Shown: positions 1-7,974 of the stretch, piece by piece
How positions within the stretch are numbered: the stretch's first letter is position 1
Layout: each line of letters begins with the position of its first letter
NCBI GenBank assembly: GCA_963743305.1
Contig: CAVUPH010000030.1
Coordinates: 32,001 to 96,000, forward strand
Reading direction: 5' to 3'
DNA from: an uncultured delta proteobacterium
Lineage (GTDB): Bacteria > Desulfobacterota > RBG-13-43-22
Length of the DNA: 64,000 bases
Position numbers and translations under genes: made by a program
The notes under the pieces: model-generated
Told to the model about the DNA's origin: nothing
Databases searched by the model: none
Seen by the model: only the letters and a program-made list of their open reading frames with translations

Positions 1-241
1 TTTTGATCGATTCTAAGCTATTTCCCAACGTTTTGCTAACGGAATTTCAAGGTCCCCTGCTGACGGTTGAAGGTCGTGTCCGTGAACAAATGCCCATTTT
101 TAAGCGATTTGGGTAATCCGCGCCTTCTTTTCCCCGTATTTCGCTTTGTTTTTGAAATTACGATCCCAAAGGGGCACCTTTCCCCCCGGAAGATCCCTCT
201 GCCCCCTCATCTTGGCCCTGTTTGTCTTCTTGTTTTTATTC

Positions 242-271
242 TTGACCTTACCTTTTTCTTTTTCTTATACT
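242..271 (+). promoter_or_regulatory. putative sigma70 promoter of the gamma-CA gene
   Basis: TTGACC (242-247), 18 bp spacer, TATACT (266-271), ~100 bp upstream of ATG 376. Confidence 0.4.
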
Positions 272-375
272 CAACCTTTGATGGCCGGGCTTCGACTGGT
301 TGCCTTTTTAAGCTGCGAGTCGGCCCGCTTCCGGCAAACCTTAGCAATTAATCGGCCCCCAGGAGGGAAAAGAAA

Positions 376-999
376 ATGCCTTTCGACAACATCAGACCCA
401 ATCTAGTGGGAGATCGGCCAAGAATCCATCCGGACTCGCTAATCGATCCTTCGGCCCAAATCATTGGCAACGTCATAATCGAAAAGGATGTCTTTGTGGG
501 GCCCCTGGCCGTCATCAGGGCCGATGAACGCGGTCGCGACGGAAAAGTCATGCCCATCATCATCGGCGAAGAGGTCAATATCCAAGACGGGGTAATCATC
601 CACAGTCACGGAGGCACCTCGGTGAGAATAGGGGCCAGGTCTTCCATCGCTCACGGCGTCACAATTCACGGTCCGTGCACCATAGGCGAGGAATGCTTTT
701 TGGCCGTCAGGGCCACCATCTACAACACCACCCTCGAAGACAACGTTTGGATCGGCATGGCCGCCGCGGTCATGAGATCTAAGCTCGAGCAATTTACCTA
801 TGTGCCCTCTGGAGCCATCGTCCGCTCCAAACATGACCTGGGAGTTGTCAGGATCGTTTCCGATAGTGAGCGGCAATATATGATGGAAGTACGGGATGCC
901 GCCACCCAACTCAGAAAGGATTATCTCGAAGCAAGGGCGCGGGTGCAGGAATACCTGAATTCCAAGACGTCCCCCAAAAAAGAAAGAAAAGAAAGATAG
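376..999 (+). CDS. gamma-class carbonic anhydrase family protein (left-handed beta-helix)
   Basis: hexapeptide repeats; SAQIIGNV, IRADE, NIQDGVIIH, IAHGVTIHGPC metal-His motifs; AGGAGG RBS. Confidence 0.88.
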   Translation: MPFDNIRPNLVGDRPRIHPDSLIDPSAQIIGNVIIEKDVFVGPLAVIRADERGRDGKVMPIIIGEEVNIQDGVIIHSHGGTSVRIGARSSIAHGVTIHGPCTIGEECFLAVRATIYNTTLEDNVWIGMAAAVMRSKLEQFTYVPSGAIVRSKHDLGVVRIVSDSERQYMMEVRDAATQLRKDYLEARARVQEYLNSKTSPKKERKER

Positions 1000-1051
1000 A
1001 TAGATTAACGGAACCCAACGCCAATTTTCTTAGGGTAACCCTCGAGCCAGT

Positions 1052-1106
1052 AAAAAAATTCCGGATCAGACCCGCAAGTCTAGGGCCTGTCCGGATTTAT
1101 TTTTTT
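1052..1106. terminator. bidirectional intrinsic terminator between convergent genes
   Basis: A-run, TCCGGA...TCCGGA stem, T-run. Confidence 0.55.
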
Positions 1107-1130
1107 AGCTTCGGAATGGTTTGCGGTAAG

Positions 1131-2249
1131 TTAGGCCTTGGGCGGAACCGCGACCAACTCGTATTGACGAGTCCCAAGACCGATTTCCTCCCCGTAGACC
1201 AATTGCCTCTCCCAGTCAATTTGGGGGTAGACTCCCCGGAACTTGTCTTCCCCGGCCTCGAAGTTCTTGGTCAAAGCGGAATCCCGGTTGCCCGGTTCCC
1301 GGTTGACCAGGTCAACCGAGGCCTGATCGATGGCTACTGGATCGGTGGAAGCCAGGATACCGATGTCCCGGACGATGGGCCGGTCGGCGTGGCCGTAGCA
1401 GTCGCAGGCCGGGGAGATATCGGTCAAAAAATTCAGGAACAGGGCCCTGCCCTCTTTGCCTTTTAAGACCCCCGCCGCGTGCTCCACCATCTTCTGCTGA
1501 AAAATGGGGATGGATTCGTTCCACTGAATTTGAATGGCCCCCTGGGGGCAGGTCAGGATACATTCGCCGCAGCCCACGCAGGTTTCCGGATTGATCACCG
1601 ATTTTTCGTCTTCCAGGGCGATGGCGCTCTGGGCGCAGTGACTAACGCACTCCCCGCAGCCGATGCATTTCTTCCGGGTCACCTTGGGCGCGATATTGGA
1701 ATGCTGGCTGAGTTTCCCTTCCCGCGAAGCGCAGCCCATGCCCACATTTTTGATGGTCCCGCCGAAACCGGCCAGTTCATGCCCTTTAAAATGGGCCACG
1801 CTGATGAAGGCGTCGGCCGCAACGATGTCGGCGGCAATAGAAACGGACTTAAAATTCTTTTTATTAATGGTCACCTTGGCGGCGGATTTTCCCTTGAGCC
1901 CATCGGCAATAATCAGGGGGGCCCCGACCGTGTCGTAAGAAAACCCGTTTCCCAGGGCCGTCAGCAGGTGAGAAACGCTTTCGGCGCGGGTACCGACATA
2001 AAGGGTATTGGCATCGGTGATAAAGGGCTTGCCGCCCCAGGCCTTGACTTTATCGGTAATGGGGCGCACATAGATGGGGCGCACATAGGCTGTATTGCCC
2101 TTTTCCCCGAAATGGATTTTAATTGCCACCAGGTTGTTTTTGGCCAGTGCTCTGGAAAAGGGCACTTTGTCCAGCAGTTGACTGATCCGCTGTAGCCGAT
2201 TCTCCTTCAACGAAGTCTTCAAGTCGACGAAATAAACGGGTGATGCCAT
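1131..2249 (-). CDS. DUF362 domain / 2x[4Fe-4S] protein
   Basis: VAIKIHFGE, HFKGHELAGFGGTIKNVGMG, two CxxCxxCxxxC motifs, CDC and DPVAIDQA. Confidence 0.9.
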   Translation of the reverse strand: MASPVYFVDLKTSLKENRLQRISQLLDKVPFSRALAKNNLVAIKIHFGEKGNTAYVRPIYVRPITDKVKAWGGKPFITDANTLYVGTRAESVSHLLTALGNGFSYDTVGAPLIIADGLKGKSAAKVTINKKNFKSVSIAADIVAADAFISVAHFKGHELAGFGGTIKNVGMGCASREGKLSQHSNIAPKVTRKKCIGCGECVSHCAQSAIALEDEKSVINPETCVGCGECILTCPQGAIQIQWNESIPIFQQKMVEHAAGVLKGKEGRALFLNFLTDISPACDCYGHADRPIVRDIGILASTDPVAIDQASVDLVNREPGNRDSALTKNFEAGEDKFRGVYPQIDWERQLVYGEEIGLGTRQYELVAVPPKA

Positions 2250-2267
2250 AAATCCCTCCTAAAGATG

Positions 2268-2400
2268 GGCGGAGCGCAGGGCGCAAAGCGCGGAGCGTTA
2301 AAAACTTCAATCAAACGCCCAACCAGTTTTTTTACACCCTTGACGGTGAAACCATCTTTTGTATTTATTACGCTCTGCGCTCGGCGCTCAGCGCTCTGCC
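2268..2400. repeat. intergenic inverted repeat built from GCGC(A/G)(A/G)A heptamers
   Basis: GGCGGAGCGCAGGGCGCAAAGCGCGGAGCGT...ACGCTCTGCGCTCGGCGCTCAGCGCTCTGCC; related copy at 60582-60692. Confidence 0.75.
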
Positions 2401-3540
2401 TCAGATGATTCCCATCCCCTTTAATACCGAAAGCATGACCGCCGCGGCCAAGACCGAACCGACCTGGCCGCCGGCATTGGCACCCATGGCGTGCATCAGC
2501 AGGTAATTTCTCTTGTTGTATTTGAATCCTTCTTTTTGGACCACCCGGGCCGACATGGGGAAGGCGGAAATCCCGGCTGCCCCGATCAAAGGATTCACCT
2601 TGCCGCCGGTCAACATCATCAAGGCCTTTCCAAAAAGGACCCCGCAGGCCGTGTCTAGGCAAATGGCCAACAGACCCAGGGCCAGGATAATTAAGGTTTG
2701 GGACTTGACGAATTCCGGCCCACTCATGGTGGCCCCGATGGAAATACCCAGGAGTAAAGTAACAATATTCGAAATTTCATTTTCCGAGGCCTTGGTCAAC
2801 CGGCTGACCGCCCCGGATTCCTTCATCAGGTTCCCCAGCATGATGGTGGCCAAAAGGGGCAAGCCTTTGGGGGCAATAAAGCCTCCCACTATGGTAATGA
2901 CGATGGGAAAGAGGATTCGGGTTGTTTTAGAAACGGTCTTTTTATGGGTTTTCATAACAATCTGCCGCTCTTTTTCGGTGGTCAGCATTCTCATAATCGG
3001 CGGCTGAAGCACAGGAACCAGGGACATATATGAATAAGCCGCCACCGAAACCGCCCCCAGCAAATGAGGGGCATACTGGGAGGCGACGTAAATAACCGTG
3101 GGGCCGTCACAGGCCCCGATGATCCCGATGGTCACCGCGTCCAGCTTACTGAATCCCAGCGCCAATGCCAGGAGCAAGGTCAAGAAAATTCCGCATTGAC
3201 CGGCGGCCCCCAGGAGAAAAGTATAGGGATTCTCCAGAACGGGGCCGAAATCGGTCATGGCCCCGATACCGACAAAAATAAGCAACGGAAACAATTCCGT
3301 TATAACGCCGGCATCATAAATAATCCGCAGGAAGCCGTCCTTACCCATAAGCTCCGCCAGGGGAATGTTGACGATAATGGCCCCAAATCCGATGGGCAGT
3401 AAAAGCAGTGGCTCAAAATCCTTTTTTATTCCCAAATAAAGGAGAAGACAACCAACAGCGATCATAATCACGTTAGACCACTGGAGATACACAAACCCGG
3501 CAATGAGCCCGGACAATCCACTTAAAATGGCTTCGAGCAT
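2401..3540 (-). CDS. oadB: Na+-translocating decarboxylase beta subunit (OadB/MmdB/GcdB family)
   Basis: FEPLLLLPIGFG, GIGAMTDFGP, IGIIGACDGPT, AAYSYMSLVP, NPLIGAAGISAFPMSAR. Confidence 0.93.
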   Translation of the reverse strand: MLEAILSGLSGLIAGFVYLQWSNVIMIAVGCLLLYLGIKKDFEPLLLLPIGFGAIIVNIPLAELMGKDGFLRIIYDAGVITELFPLLIFVGIGAMTDFGPVLENPYTFLLGAAGQCGIFLTLLLALALGFSKLDAVTIGIIGACDGPTVIYVASQYAPHLLGAVSVAAYSYMSLVPVLQPPIMRMLTTEKERQIVMKTHKKTVSKTTRILFPIVITIVGGFIAPKGLPLLATIMLGNLMKESGAVSRLTKASENEISNIVTLLLGISIGATMSGPEFVKSQTLIILALGLLAICLDTACGVLFGKALMMLTGGKVNPLIGAAGISAFPMSARVVQKEGFKYNKRNYLLMHAMGANAGGQVGSVLAAAVMLSVLKGMGII

Positions 3541-3558
3541 TATTCTTGTTCCCCTTTC

Positions 3559-3693
3559 TTATTCTTCTTCCCCTTCTTTAATAGGAAAAATTCTCTTTAA
3601 AACTCCCATCAACGTGCTCATGATCATTAAGGTGAGTAGCGTGCCTCCCATGCCGACGATGAGCATGCTCAGGCCAAAGGTCCAGTTATCCAT
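3559..3693 (-). CDS. oadG: small OadG/gamma-like membrane subunit, 44 aa (below the ORF-track cutoff)
   Basis: MDNWTFGLSMLIVGMGGTLLTLMIMSTLMGVLKRIFPIKEGEEE; GGAGGT RBS; VGMG single-TM pattern directly upstream of oadB. Confidence 0.8.
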   Translation of the reverse strand: MDNWTFGLSMLIVGMGGTLLTLMIMSTLMGVLKRIFPIKEGEEE

Positions 3694-3806
3694 AGCTTAC
3701 CTCCCTTAGATAAAAGAAATTTTCTCACTGGGGTCCTGAAGATTCAAAACCCTATTTTCGATTGGGTGAAGCCGAAATCCAGGTGATGGATATCGATCTA
3801 TTAAGA

Positions 3807-4619
3807 TCAGCCTTTCCCTCCCCGGTAATGCAACTCGTTGCGGATGGTCAGGTCGGCGGCGAATTTTCGGGCCTTTTCTTCGAGGTAATTATTTTCTTCC
3901 GCCGAATGAACTACCCCCCGGAGGACAATGGCCGTGCCATCATGAAAAACCTCCAGGGTGGGGACGAACACCTTGGTATCGGTAACCAACCGGGCCTTGA
4001 TTTTGGCGGCCGCGGCTTGCTCCCGGAGTCTCTGTTCGGCTTCCGGGGTGACCCGGAGGTCCAACTCTTGCAGAGCGTTAACGAGTAATTTCACCACCTG
4101 CTCGTACGATTGAAGACCGGTGTTAAAGACCAGGTCATAAAACCGGGTGTTGCTCCATTCCTCGCCGTAGTTGGCCTTGATATAGCCGGCCCGGGCCCGA
4201 TCCGTCTTCTCAACCATCCACTGGGCCGTCCTGGGATCCAATCGGTCCTGATTTATAGCCCGCTCGATCCGTTTTTCCAAGGGGGCTACAATTCGGACCT
4301 TCAAGGCATAAGGAACATCCCGGAGAAGGAGATGGCTGCCCCGACCCAGGATGACCACACGGTTCCGGAGGGCATGTTCAAAGATATGAGCCTCCACCAA
4401 GGCCACATATCCTCGATATTGCCAGTCATAACGCTCCCAAAGGGAGGGGGTGTTCTCATCCACTTCCTGAACAAGGTTCTCCCATTTTTCCCCGGCGCTG
4501 CGGATGTCGTGGATCAATCGTTCCTTATCCACGTAAACATAGTGCAGTTCTTCAGCCACCGATCGGCCGATCTCTTCTCCGCCGCTGCGATATTCCCTGG
4601 AAATCGACAAAATGGCCAT
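3807..4619 (-). CDS. cytidylate-kinase-like family protein with C-terminal BON-like domain
   Basis: AILSISREYRSGGEEIG, VILGRGS, DRARAGYIKANYG; C-terminal AAKIKARL...IVLRGVV...IRNEL. Confidence 0.8.
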   Translation of the reverse strand: MAILSISREYRSGGEEIGRSVAEELHYVYVDKERLIHDIRSAGEKWENLVQEVDENTPSLWERYDWQYRGYVALVEAHIFEHALRNRVVILGRGSHLLLRDVPYALKVRIVAPLEKRIERAINQDRLDPRTAQWMVEKTDRARAGYIKANYGEEWSNTRFYDLVFNTGLQSYEQVVKLLVNALQELDLRVTPEAEQRLREQAAAAKIKARLVTDTKVFVPTLEVFHDGTAIVLRGVVHSAEENNYLEEKARKFAADLTIRNELHYRGGKG

Positions 4620-4624
4620 ACCGT

Positions 4625-5380
4625 TTACTCCCTATCTCCCGAAGCCGAGGGAAGCGAAGGGGGGACACTCGGATGCCCTTTTCCCGTCCGGGAGATCCGG
4701 TGCCTAAGCCAGAGTTTGCCGGCCGCCAGCACCCCGACGAGGAAAAACCCTTCCATGGCATATTGAAGCCACGGGGAAGGCTCCAGCAGTTTGGCGACGA
4801 AGGGGTCGGTGATCATCATTTCCCCGCCGACCCGGCCCAGAACCGCAGCGCCGATATAAATGATGGCCGGGTACTTGTCCATCAGCAGGGAAAGAAGGGT
4901 GCTGGTAAAAACCACGAAAGGGATGCTCAGGGCCAGCCCGAAGATCAGCAGAAGCAGATTGCCTTTGGAAGCCCCGGCCACCGCCAGCACGTTGTCGGTG
5001 GACATGGTTAGATCGGCGATAATGATAACCCAGATAGCCTGGGCCAGGGTTTTGGCTTCTTGTTTGATCTCTTCCTGGGGCGCACCCTCCACGAAGAGCC
5101 TGAAGGCGATCCAGATGATGACCGCTCCGCCGATGAATTTGATAAAATTGATTTGCAGCAATTGCGAGGCGAAAAACGTTAAGATCACCCGCAGGAGTAC
5201 CGCCGCCCCGGCTCCGATGGCGATGCCGCGCGTTCGCTGCTTCCGCGGCAAGGAGCGCACCGCCATGGCGATGACCACGGCATTATCCCCGGCCAGAATG
5301 AGGTCGATGAGCACAATGCTCAGAAAACCGGTAACAAACTCCCAGTTAAAATGAAGCTGCCCGAAAACGCCTATGTCCAA
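4625..5380 (-). CDS. TerC/YjbE family membrane protein
   Basis: IDLILAGDNAVVIAMA and IADLTMSTDNVLAVAGA motifs; TTG start. Confidence 0.9.
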   Translation of the reverse strand: MDIGVFGQLHFNWEFVTGFLSIVLIDLILAGDNAVVIAMAVRSLPRKQRTRGIAIGAGAAVLLRVILTFFASQLLQINFIKFIGGAVIIWIAFRLFVEGAPQEEIKQEAKTLAQAIWVIIIADLTMSTDNVLAVAGASKGNLLLLIFGLALSIPFVVFTSTLLSLLMDKYPAIIYIGAAVLGRVGGEMMITDPFVAKLLEPSPWLQYAMEGFFLVGVLAAGKLWLRHRISRTGKGHPSVPPSLPSASGDRE

Positions 5381-5449
5381 GAGGGGTTCGCCTATCGTTA
5401 CGGTTTTTTTCCCGGTACGGCTCCGGCTTTAGGCCGGACTAACCCTCTT
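5379..5449 (-). ncRNA. candidate cis-regulatory leader RNA upstream of terC
   Basis: minus strand AAGAGGGTT...AACCCCTCTT encloses TCCGGC/GCCGGA and CGT..CGG/CCG..ACG stems; 3' arm abuts the TTG start. Confidence 0.45.
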
Positions 5450-5767
5450 AATACCCTGGTCGATGAAATCATACAATAATTTTTACTGATGTCAATTAAA
5501 TATAGCTATATTTTGATTATAATATAATTATTTTCCCCCGGTGGGGGTCTGGAGGACCGCGGGAAATTAAAGTTCTTGAATAAAAGCCCAATTAATGGCT
5601 TAATTGGCCAATTTTAACTATACGAACCAATCGGACCGCCGATCCGTCCGTCAAGGATTCGAAGCAGTCAGTGCGGTATTTTTTTTGTTCCTGATAATAT
5701 CTTTAGCCCCGCGTAGCCGGGCTCGACTATTTAAAAAGTCAATTCTGGAAGAAAAAAGGAATCAACC

Positions 5768-7099
5768 ATGGACTCCCTTCAGGTTGCAACCGTTCTTATT
5801 TTTTTAGTGAGTATCATCCTGATCATTACCGGTTGGATCGATAGTGTGATCGCCGCCCTCTTGGGAATTGTAATGATGATCTTCATCGGGGTTATGTCCG
5901 AAGTTCAAGCCTTTCAGAAGGTCGATTGGAACGTGATTCTCATCCTGCTCAGTATCTGGATCGTCTCGGGATACTTCGGGAAGTCCGGCGTGCCGGATTT
6001 CTTGTCGGCGGTGATCCTTAAAAAATCCAAAGGCAACGTGGCGGTTTTTGTAACTTTCATAGGGACCTTGGCTGGATTTATTTCCATGCTGATTGACAAC
6101 GTCGTGGTAGTCCTCATGTTCGCCCCGGTCCTCTTTCACGCTTCTCGGCGGTTCAAATTCTCCCCCTTTGTCCCCCTTCTATTTATCGGCCTCTGCGCCA
6201 ATTTTATGGGAACCGCTATGCTTTTGGGGGACCTGCCGCCCCAGATGCTGCACAGTGTAGCCGGGATCGAATTCAGCGGCTTTATTTGGCAGCAGGGACG
6301 CCCTTCTTCTTTCTTCATTCTGTTGATTTCTTATTGCTTTACCGTTTCCTTCTTTTACTGGAAATTTTCCAAGCTCTATAAAGGGAAGGTGATGGATATC
6401 TCCACCCTCGATGAACGCCCGCTGGATCATATCAAAGATAAACCCTTTGCGATCGTTACCTGTTCGATTTTCTGTCTCACTATTACGGCCATGGCCTTTC
6501 GGCCCTTTTTTGGCTACTATCTCGGGTTTATTGCTTTATGGGGGGCCTTGGTCCTGATCCTGATTTTTGAGATTTTTAATAACGCCTTCACTTTGGAGAT
6601 ACCCAATTTAGAACAGGTGTTCGCCGAATTGGATTGGAGAGCGATCTTTTTTTATATCTCCCTTTTTGCCCTGGTCGGCGGATTGGAACACGCCGGGGTC
6701 ATTAAATGGCTTTCCAATGGAATTACCCCCTATATCAAACAGAGTATGGTGGTCGGGAGCACTCTGCTGTTTTGGATTACGGCGCCGATTGTCGGGGTGG
6801 TGGAACACGACGCTTACATCCTGACTATGCTCTATGTCATCCGAGACCTGGGAAGGGAACAAGCCATTAACCCCTGGCCCTTTTACTGGATGTTGCTCTG
6901 GGCCGGAACCCTGGGGAGCAACCTGACGGTGGCCGGGGCCCCGGCCTTGTTCGTGGCCAAGAATTTGGCGGACAAAGAGGAGCAAAGAAAAACCAGTCTG
7001 AAGGAATTCTTGAGTATAACAGGGCCCTACGTAATCGTCTCTTTGGTATTTTGTTATTTGCCGGCCATGCTGATCTGGGTTCTTCCTTTTCAAAAATAA
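5768..7099 (+). CDS. ArsB/NhaD/SLC13 (CitMHS-like) permease
   Basis: ~12 TM; VDWNVI, SMLIDNV, ANFMGTAMLLGDLP, GTLGSNLTVAGAPA. Confidence 0.85.
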   Translation: MDSLQVATVLIFLVSIILIITGWIDSVIAALLGIVMMIFIGVMSEVQAFQKVDWNVILILLSIWIVSGYFGKSGVPDFLSAVILKKSKGNVAVFVTFIGTLAGFISMLIDNVVVVLMFAPVLFHASRRFKFSPFVPLLFIGLCANFMGTAMLLGDLPPQMLHSVAGIEFSGFIWQQGRPSSFFILLISYCFTVSFFYWKFSKLYKGKVMDISTLDERPLDHIKDKPFAIVTCSIFCLTITAMAFRPFFGYYLGFIALWGALVLILIFEIFNNAFTLEIPNLEQVFAELDWRAIFFYISLFALVGGLEHAGVIKWLSNGITPYIKQSMVVGSTLLFWITAPIVGVVEHDAYILTMLYVIRDLGREQAINPWPFYWMLLWAGTLGSNLTVAGAPALFVAKNLADKEEQRKTSLKEFLSITGPYVIVSLVFCYLPAMLIWVLPFQK

Positions 7100-7110
7100 A
7101 GGAGGTTTTT

Positions 7111-7959
7111 ATGGCCATTTTGACGGTCGCCAGGCAATTGGAAAGTGGGGGGAGAGATCTGGGGCGGGAAATCGCCGACCGGATGGGCTATAAATTGATC
7201 AACCGAAAAACTATATTCGAGGAAATGCAGTCCGTGGGAGATCAATGGGAGGAATGGGCCCGGTATTTCAAGGAACAAGCCCCCAATGTCTGGGAACGAC
7301 ACGATTGGTCTTACCAGGGGTTCATTGCCCTCACCCATAGTTATGTGCTGAATCATGCCCTCCAAAATAACGTGGTCATCATGGGACGGGAGGGTAATTT
7401 TTTACTGAAACGGGTCCCCTATGCCCTTAGAATTCGAACCGAGGCCCCCCTGCCTTTCCGGATAGAGAGGGTCTTGCGCCGGGAAGAAATAAGCCGGGAG
7501 ATGGCTCAGTGGATGCTGGAAAAAGTGGATGACGACATCGCCCGGTCGGTGTACTTAGTCTATGGCAAGGACTGGGCGGATCCGGCGGAATATGACCACG
7601 TTTTCGATATGAGCAGCCGACCGTTCGAAGAAGTCGTTGCCTTTGTTCAAGAGGCCCTCTCTAAAAAAGATAAGTTCTATACCCAGGAGGTCAGGGAGAT
7701 TCTTCAGTTGAGGGCCTTGGCGGCCAAGATTAAAGCCGCGTTGGTCGTTGATCCCACCTTTTCCATTTCCAAACTGGACGTGACGCCCAAAGAAGAAGGG
7801 CTGGTTGAATACGGACTGATCGTTCAGGGAATCGTCTACAATCGCGAGGATATTAAACGGATTCAGGAGACCGCTCGAAAACTGGCCGGGGAAACGCCCG
7901 TTGAAGTTGAAGTCACTTATCGGATGTCCCCCCGGCTTTCCCAATGGCAGTATAAATGA
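7111..7959 (+). CDS. cytidylate-kinase-like family protein with BON-like C-terminus (paralogue of 3807-4619)
   Basis: AGGAGG RBS then MAILTVARQLESGG; shares WER(Y/H)DW.Y.G and AAKIKA motifs with the paralogue. Confidence 0.8.
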   Translation: MAILTVARQLESGGRDLGREIADRMGYKLINRKTIFEEMQSVGDQWEEWARYFKEQAPNVWERHDWSYQGFIALTHSYVLNHALQNNVVIMGREGNFLLKRVPYALRIRTEAPLPFRIERVLRREEISREMAQWMLEKVDDDIARSVYLVYGKDWADPAEYDHVFDMSSRPFEEVVAFVQEALSKKDKFYTQEVREILQLRALAAKIKAALVVDPTFSISKLDVTPKEEGLVEYGLIVQGIVYNREDIKRIQETARKLAGETPVEVEVTYRMSPRLSQWQYK

Positions 7960-7974
7960 CGACCACTTATTACT

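Noticed and set aside
280-345. Riboswitch in the gamma-CA leader
   Set aside because: One imperfect hairpin (GGGC..CGACT/AGTCG.GCCC) with no known aptamer consensus.
5590-5760. c-di-AMP riboswitch upstream of the permease-kup operon
   Set aside because: The ydaO consensus elements (GCUGAAUC, GGGGGAAC) are absent.
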